In this document: positions 58,313 through 64,000 of the stretch, in pieces
Layout: every line of letters starts with the position of its first letter
How positions within the stretch are numbered: position 1 is the stretch's first letter
NCBI GenBank assembly: GCA_963841015.1
Contig: CAWJAX010000003.1
Location: 800,001 to 864,000, forward strand
DNA: 64,000 nt
Direction of reading: 5' to 3'
From: an uncultured Methanoregulaceae archaeon
GTDB lineage: Archaea; Halobacteriota; Methanomicrobia; Methanomicrobiales; Methanospirillaceae
Translations under genes and position numbers: made by a program
Notes under the pieces: model-generated
The model's input: only the letters and a program-made list of their open reading frames with translations
What the model was told of the DNA's origin: nothing
Databases searched by the model: none

Positions 58313-58473
58313 TCGTATCTCCTGAAGTGTGAAAGATTAGGGATATTCATCGGTAGTTTTCGTAAAACTGTTACAGCAGTAGTAATTGGTGCTAGTATTG
58401 ATCGGGTCTGCACATATAGGTATCACCATTGCATGTGCACCCCGATAAAAATTTTCTGGTCATCCTGGAAATA

Positions 58474-58782
58474 TTAGTCTGCGGAGGGTTCTTCAGGCTC
58501 CATAACCAGAGAACCGAAAATCACTTTTTCAAGAACCTGTGCAACGTACTTGATGTGCATAGCTTTTTCCAGATCTTCGTTACGGTGGACATCTGCATAC
58601 AGCTGGAGCCGCATCAGTGAGAACCGGAACCTGTCCAGGGTGTCATCATCAAGTTTCATAGCCTCACGGTAAATCGGTTCGAGCAGGTCGGGAAATGAGA
58701 GCGGATTTTCAAGGCAGGTAATAACGCCACGGTAAATCGGGAGTGGCAATTCCTTACCGGAGAGGATCCGCAGGAAATCCAT
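58474..58782 (-). CDS. Hypothetical protein cotranscribed with the Mrp gene
   Basis: ATG lies 1 nt after the Mrp stop; 102-aa helical ORF starting MDFLRILSG. Confidence 0.7.
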   Translation of the reverse strand: MDFLRILSGKELPLPIYRGVITCLENPLSFPDLLEPIYREAMKLDDDTLDRFRFSLMRLQLYADVHRNEDLEKAMHIKYVAQVLEKVIFGSLVMEPEEPSAD

Positions 58783-58783
58783 C

Positions 58784-59677
58784 TTATCCCTCAACAACTT
58801 CGATGAGTGCTTCCATAACCTTGTCAACAGCCGCCCAGGTAGGGCTGTCACCACGCCGTATAATAAACGGGCGTCCCTCATCCCCTGCTTTCCGCATCTC
58901 GATATCGATGGGAATTGCACCAAGGAATGGGACCGACAGTTCCTCTGCTATCTTATGGCCACCGCCCCTGCCAAAGAGATCGATCTCCTCTCCACAGTGG
59001 GGACAGACCATCCCGCTCATGTTTTCAATAATCCCCAGCACGGGAACATCAAGTTTCTGGATAAATTTCGCAGATTTCCGCGCATCAAGTGTCGCGACAT
59101 CCTGAGGTGTTGTGACGATTACTGCACCCCGGAGATTAGGCGCGAGCTGGGCGATCGTGAGTGCTTCATCACCGGTTCCCGGGGGGAGGTCCACAACCAG
59201 ATAATCCAGCGATCCCCAGTTCACCTCACTGAGGAACTGCTGGATGGCAGCCATTTTCATTGGGCCACGCCAGATGATCGGAGTGCTCGTGTCCGGCAGG
59301 AGGAACGCCATAGAGATGACGGATAACTTTCCGGTGATGTGCACGGGTTCAATCATTTCACCCATAATCGCAAGCTTGTGATCCTCAATACCCAGCATCT
59401 TGGGGATGTTGGGGCCATGCATGTCAAGGTCCAGAAGCCCGACTCTGAACCCATGGTTGGAGAGGGCATAGGCAAGGTTAACCGAGACCGTGGATTTACC
59501 AACACCACCTTTTCCCGAGAGAACCATTATGACATGCCTGACATCAAGCTTTGCTTTCGGGGGCAGACCTGCAGGCCCGCTCTTTGCTGATGAACAGGTT
59601 GTGGCAGTCGGGCAGCTCGAACACTCATTTGCGCATTCTTCATCAGATGTCTTTTTTTTTGTATCTTTTTTTGTCAT
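58784..59677 (-). CDS. Mrp/NBP35 family Fe-S cluster carrier ATPase
   Basis: N-terminal CxxxCxxC, SGKGGVGKS, WRGP, DLPPGTGD, ENMS..CPHC. Confidence 0.95.
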   Translation of the reverse strand: MTKKDTKKKTSDEECANECSSCPTATTCSSAKSGPAGLPPKAKLDVRHVIMVLSGKGGVGKSTVSVNLAYALSNHGFRVGLLDLDMHGPNIPKMLGIEDHKLAIMGEMIEPVHITGKLSVISMAFLLPDTSTPIIWRGPMKMAAIQQFLSEVNWGSLDYLVVDLPPGTGDEALTIAQLAPNLRGAVIVTTPQDVATLDARKSAKFIQKLDVPVLGIIENMSGMVCPHCGEEIDLFGRGGGHKIAEELSVPFLGAIPIDIEMRKAGDEGRPFIIRRGDSPTWAAVDKVMEALIEVVEG

Positions 59678-59797
59678 GGATGCCTCTTGAAAAAAATATA
59701 GTTCTGTACTCTCATCAGTTATCTTTCGTATACAATAAAGATGTGGAGATGTCTGCAGGGAAAGAAAGGTAAATTTTCCTGTGTCTGATTCTGATAA

Positions 59798-60130
59798 ATG
59801 GAGCGCCTCAATATTTCACTGGATTTCCTTAAGTTCCCGCGAACAGTATGCCGGTGATGGCGAAAACCTCTCTCCGGGTCTCCCGCTCAGGGGATTGAAC
59901 GCGGCATCCGTCGCTACATCTCAGCTGTGCAGGGTATAACTGATTATGGGACTATCGGTTATGCAGGTCCCTGCCCCCCGCAAGGTCAGATGATCCAATA
60001 CCAGTTCAAGGTATATTGACTCGACGCGATTCTCGACATCACTGCAGGGTCCAATAAACATGAGCTGGTATCTGCGATGAAAGGTCACGTGATCCGGTTT
60101 GGTGAAGCAATCGCGATTTACTCACGATAA
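59798..60130 (+). pseudogene. Degraded YbhB/YbcL (PEBP) paralog
   Basis: MERLNISLDF / YAGDGENLSP / AVQGITDYGTIGYAGPCPPQGQMIQYQFKVY*LDAILD..MKGHVIRFGE; frameshifts, an internal deletion and an in-frame TGA. Confidence 0.85.
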
Positions 60131-60213
60131 TCGGCATTCCGATCGATTATGGTGACACACTACTTTTATTATGCACCCCGCATATCATGCATCGTAAAGG
60201 AGGGAAAAACAGT

Positions 60214-60675
60214 ATGGAAGTGCTTAACGTAAAAATTTCTGTAAAAATTCTCCCGGGCGATTACAGCTGTGATGGTCAGGACATATCACCGGAAATTGAT
60301 GTTGGAGGAGTGAACACAAAGATCTCAAAATCTCTGGCAATTATTGTTAACGATCCCGATGCTCCAGGGGGTGGGGGTTTTATTCACTGGATAGCATGGA
60401 ACATGGAACTGGTCAGGATGATCCCGGAAAACATCCCGAAAACGCCGGTTGTCACCTTCCCGCTCAAAGCGGTGCAGGGAAAAAACAGCTTCGGAAAGAT
60501 TGGATACAATGGTCCCTGCCCACCCCGTGGACAGACCCACCGGTACTTCTTTAAAGTCTACGGACTGGATACCAATCTTGATCTTGCCGCAGGAGCTGAA
60601 AAAGATCAGTTCTTCAGGGCAACGGAAGGACATGTCGTTCAGTATGGCGAGACGTTTGTTACGTACGGGCGATAA
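60214..60675 (+). CDS. YbhB/YbcL family Raf kinase inhibitor-like (PEBP) protein
   Basis: CDGQDISP, DPDAP..FIHW, GYNGPCPP..HRYFFKVYGLD; RBS ggaggg. Confidence 0.93.
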   Translation: MEVLNVKISVKILPGDYSCDGQDISPEIDVGGVNTKISKSLAIIVNDPDAPGGGGFIHWIAWNMELVRMIPENIPKTPVVTFPLKAVQGKNSFGKIGYNGPCPPRGQTHRYFFKVYGLDTNLDLAAGAEKDQFFRATEGHVVQYGETFVTYGR

Positions 60676-60840
60676 TTTATTCTTTTTTTTGATCCTGCAC
60701 AAAGACCAGGTATGCTTTTTGTCACCTACTCAGAAATTGATGAGATATTCGAATATCATCGATCACGCAGCCAGGAGCATGATTATTGCGGTTTATCAAT
60801 GAGGGAAATTGTTATTAACCCATATCCGCTATCATGTTGT

Positions 60841-61326
60841 ATGCTGCAAAAAGGTCCGTGTATAAAGGCAGTTATTTTCCTGTCATTTCTCCTGATCTGC
60901 ATTGTTCCCGTTGTTGCACAAGATGTCCCGTACAGGTTCACCGTCTCTCCCGTGTCTGCTGAAGGGAGACCCGGAGATACCATTACGTATTCCATCGCCA
61001 TCACTGCTGATCCGGGATTTAAAAATCCGATTGATTTCACCATGGATGTCAGCTCAATGGGGTATAGTAAGAACTTTGTTCTTGGAACCTATGAGGGGCC
61101 GTATCCCAGATCATCTACCTACGTTCTGACCATCCCCCAGAATGTTCCAACCGGAGTGACTGCCGATGTTACAATAAACGGCAGAAGCGGAGGATACCTC
61201 CAGCAACAGAGTCTCAAACTCAAAATTAAAGGATCGGGAGGGCCAATAGAGGATATCACCAGCATCATAACCGATCTTATCAACACAGCTTTGAAGGAAA
61301 TAGCCCGCCTGACCGGAGGAAAATAA
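60841..61326 (+). CDS. Secreted hypothetical protein (Ig-like domain)
   Basis: Signal peptide IKAVIFLSFLLICIVPVVA followed by a beta-rich domain; start position uncertain. Confidence 0.6.
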   Translation: MLQKGPCIKAVIFLSFLLICIVPVVAQDVPYRFTVSPVSAEGRPGDTITYSIAITADPGFKNPIDFTMDVSSMGYSKNFVLGTYEGPYPRSSTYVLTIPQNVPTGVTADVTINGRSGGYLQQQSLKLKIKGSGGPIEDITSIITDLINTALKEIARLTGGK

Positions 61327-61556
61327 TCCACAACATCGCAATTTTTCTCCCCGTTTACAAAACCAATTTCTGAGTCGGGCATCCCCGCCCTGTTGTGAAC
61401 CTATTCAGGAGATTACACCGGTTGAAAGTTCGCACCGGTTATTCACTTTCATTCCCAAAGAACTGACAGCAGGAGATTTTCTTAATTCCCGAATACAACC
61501 ACTGCTCCTTTTTATATTACGGTACAATTAAACTACATAAGGAAGATGTCCTGTCA

Positions 61557-62747
61557 ATGAATCCCGTTCACGATCATAAACGTTCATTTGATCCCGGGCA
61601 GGAATCATCTATTCTGGCATATATCGCCAAGCGGGAATCACTTCTTTCACCTTTGGCCTCGATTAGTGCCGATGCTGTTCGGAGGCATAATCGAAAGCCT
61701 GAAGATATCCGTACCCCCTATTCCCGTGATACTGACCGTATTATCCACACGCGGGCGTACACCCGATACATAGACAAAACCCAGGTCTTTTCACTTGTAG
61801 ACAATGACCACATCACTCATCGCGTCATCCATGTCCAGCTCGTTTCCAAAATTGCAAGAACTATCGGGCGCTGCCTCCGCTTAAACGAGGATCTCATTGA
61901 GGCAATTGCCCTTGGCCATGATATAGGGCATATCCCGTACGGGCATTATGGGGAAACCTGCTTATCGGAGCTCTGCGAACGGTTCGGGATTGGAAAATTC
62001 TTCCACAACGTTCAGAGCGTGCAATTCCTCGACAGGATCGAAGACTGTGACCTGACCATGCAGGTGCTGGACGGAATACTCTGCCACAATGGGGAAACTG
62101 ATGATGTTAAAATTTCTCCTGAACCTTGTGCAACATGGCTGGCATTTGACAAAAAAGTGCAGGATAATGCAGATGGCAGACGCACAAAGGCTCCGATGAC
62201 CCTTGAAGGATGTGTTGTTAAGTTTGCCGACACCATCGCTTTCATCGGCAGGGATTTGCAGGACGCACGGGAGGTGGGGTTGATAGGAAGTTCAACACTC
62301 CTTCCTCAGGAATGCAGGGATACCCTCGGTGACTGCAACAGGGACATTATCAATACACTGATTTACGATTTGCTCGAAAACAGTGATACCGAGGATACGG
62401 GGTATATTTCGTACAGTCCTGAGGTAGAAGATGCACTTATTGCACTGCGCCAGTTTTCCCGGATTCATATCTATGAGAACAAAAAACTTACCACAGAGCG
62501 TGAAAAGGTCAGGCAGATGTATGCAACACTGTTTATAAATTACCTCGAAGATCTTGAAAAAAATACAAGGGATGCGGCAATTTTTACTGATTTTATTGAC
62601 ACAAGCTGGATCAGCCGGAATTACATTCAGTCTGCTACCTGCGCCGAGCTGGTCCGGGACTTTATCGCCGGGATGACCGACAGGTATTTTGCTAAACGCT
62701 ATGAGGAATGCGTAATTCCCCGCAGGGTAAATGGGAAATTCCGATAA
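61557..62747 (+). CDS. HD-domain dNTP triphosphohydrolase (dGTPase-like)
   Basis: RD.DRIIH..KTQVF, HR..H, LGHDIGH.PYGH.GE, ADTIAF, DFIAGMTDRY. Confidence 0.88.
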   Translation: MNPVHDHKRSFDPGQESSILAYIAKRESLLSPLASISADAVRRHNRKPEDIRTPYSRDTDRIIHTRAYTRYIDKTQVFSLVDNDHITHRVIHVQLVSKIARTIGRCLRLNEDLIEAIALGHDIGHIPYGHYGETCLSELCERFGIGKFFHNVQSVQFLDRIEDCDLTMQVLDGILCHNGETDDVKISPEPCATWLAFDKKVQDNADGRRTKAPMTLEGCVVKFADTIAFIGRDLQDAREVGLIGSSTLLPQECRDTLGDCNRDIINTLIYDLLENSDTEDTGYISYSPEVEDALIALRQFSRIHIYENKKLTTEREKVRQMYATLFINYLEDLEKNTRDAAIFTDFIDTSWISRNYIQSATCAELVRDFIAGMTDRYFAKRYEECVIPRRVNGKFR

Positions 62748-62765
62748 AAACCCGGATACATACAC

Positions 62766-62957
62766 TCACTCATACTTTCCCTTTAGGCCAGCCCAGCCGG
62801 TAAATCCGCAGTATATGCACCCAATGCCTTCACAATAATGGCACTGCTGTTTAGGTGCGGTCACCAGTACGACTCCGGTTTTGTTGCAGTAGAGACACCC
62901 TATACCGCAACAGTGAGCACAGGTCGCGGATTCGTAGATTTTTTGTCTTTGTGTTAT
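62766..62957 (-). CDS. Small Cys-rich zinc-finger protein (63 aa, apparent ATA start; absent from the ORF track)
   Basis: (M)TQRQKIYESATCAHCCGIGCLYCNKTGVVLVTAPKQQCHYCEGIGCIYCGFTGWAGLKGKYE; RBS-like aggggg upstream. Confidence 0.75.
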   Translation of the reverse strand: MTQRQKIYESATCAHCCGIGCLYCNKTGVVLVTAPKQQCHYCEGIGCIYCGFTGWAGLKGKYE

Positions 62958-63013
62958 GGTAAGAATCCCCCTTTTGACATCATCTTATCCTCAATAATAA
63001 TCTGAAAACAGGG

Positions 63014-64000
63014 TCATTCATCTTCCTCATCAAGGTACCCGTCTAGTGCATCAAGAAGTTCTGCCGATGACTGATAGCGTTTGGCCGGATCTTTTTCAAG
63101 GCATTTGAGGATAATCTTCTCCACAACTGCTGCATCAGAATTGAACTCTGATGGAGGAATCGGCTGCTCTCTCAGGATCGCATTTCCGACTTCAACAATA
63201 CTCTCACCCCCAAACGGAACAGAGCCGGTTACCAGTTCGTAAAAGACCACTCCGAGCTGGTAGATATCGGTCCGTTCATCGGTCCTTCCAAACTCCGAAG
63301 GAGAGACCTGTTCGGGAGCCGCATAGGCAAGTGAAAAGCCTGCAATGCTGGACTTTTTTACCTCATTGGCAAGCACTTTGCTCATCCCCCAGTCGGTGAT
63401 TTTAGGAACGAAGTCTGTATCAAGAAGGATATTATGTGGCTTGATATCCCGGTGGATGAAACCCTGCTGATGGGCATATTTCAAACCGTCCGCTATACCC
63501 CGAATAAGGTGTACCGCTTTCCAGACGGGGATTGGTTTCTCAATCGACTCGAGAGCATCGGGTACATATTCCATCTCAACGAAGGGAACAGGGAGGATAT
63601 TAACAGCCGTAACTTTTACAATATTAGGATGTCGCAGGGTCTCCCATGCCGCAATCTCGTTGAGAAAAGATTTTCCCGTCATTTCATCGAAACTTATCGG
63701 GATCTTCACTGCGACCATCATTGCATCCGATTTTCGGCGAGCTGAGAAAACCCATGCAATGCCTCCTCGTCCGATATATTTTATCTCAGTATATTTGCTC
63801 TCCAGTTCATTCGGGAAGAAGTTCATTTGTTCTGCAACCGAGGTGAAAGTCCTGGTTGTCCCCGGAACTGTCGTACCCGTTTCGGGGATCGTTGCAGCCG
63901 GGCTAACCCTGGGGGCAGTCCTTGATATCTTTTGTGGGGAGGTTGAATCCTTACTGATAAAAATAACCTCCTGCCTGCTTTCTTTATGTTTCAGCTGCCT
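63014..64000 (-). CDS. Hanks-type Ser/Thr protein kinase (5' end lies beyond the window)
   Basis: GRGG, VAVK, HRDIKPHN, DWG, YAAPEQ, DIYQLG; the frame stays open to 64000 through a Pro/Thr-rich linker. Confidence 0.93.
   Translation of the reverse strand, partial: RQLKHKESRQEVIFISKDSTSPQKISRTAPRVSPAATIPETGTTVPGTTRTFTSVAEQMNFFPNELESKYTEIKYIGRGGIAWVFSARRKSDAMMVAVKIPISFDEMTGKSFLNEIAAWETLRHPNIVKVTAVNILPVPFVEMEYVPDALESIEKPIPVWKAVHLIRGIADGLKYAHQQGFIHRDIKPHNILLDTDFVPKITDWGMSKVLANEVKKSSIAGFSLAYAAPEQVSPSEFGRTDERTDIYQLGVVFYELVTGSVPFGGESIVEVGNAILREQPIPPSEFNSDAAVVEKIILKCLEKDPAKRYQSSAELLDALDGYLDEEDE

Noticed and set aside
60015-60022. In-frame TGA in the YbhB-like remnant as selenocysteine
   Set aside because: It aligns to Gly (GGA) rather than Cys, and the gene has other inactivating lesions.
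61557-64000. dGTPase-like gene plus Ser/Thr kinase as an anti-phage defence island
   Set aside because: The genes are convergent, composition is normal and no defence or mobile genes are nearby; the HD protein looks like the housekeeping type.

Overview
This is an archaeal chromosomal window, most consistent with a methanogen of the Methanomicrobiales (Methanoregula-like). The evidence is a split rpoB''/B'/A'/A'' RNA polymerase operon, F420:NADP oxidoreductase, egsA, geranylgeranyl reductase, aglB/aglJ, an archaeal phosphoribulokinase and the priS-GINS-rpl44e-rps27e-aIF2a-nop10 cluster. Most of the window is housekeeping, with three tRNAs (Arg-TCT, Lys-TTT, Pro-GGG). The main non-genic structure is a dispersed non-autonomous mobile element family. 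It has six recognisable copies (four of about 208 bp plus 289-bp and 445-bp variants), with GGCTCTG.. terminal inverted repeats, 8-bp target-site duplications and internal GC-rich hairpins, which fits an IS1595/ISPna2-type MITE. The two best-preserved copies both sit about 116-120 bp upstream of a tRNA gene in the same relative orientation. Other items of note: an AglB whose sequon-binding motif reads VWDAG rather than WWDYG; a DUF89-PRK-PFK cluster; small ORFs missed by the ORF track (ferredoxin, Nop10, an interrupted rubredoxin, an ATA-start Cys-rich mini-protein); and several gene remnants. Seven single-base indels break six genes, including essential rpoA1, and are most likely sequencing or assembly errors. 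All family calls come from motif recognition by eye, with no database searches.
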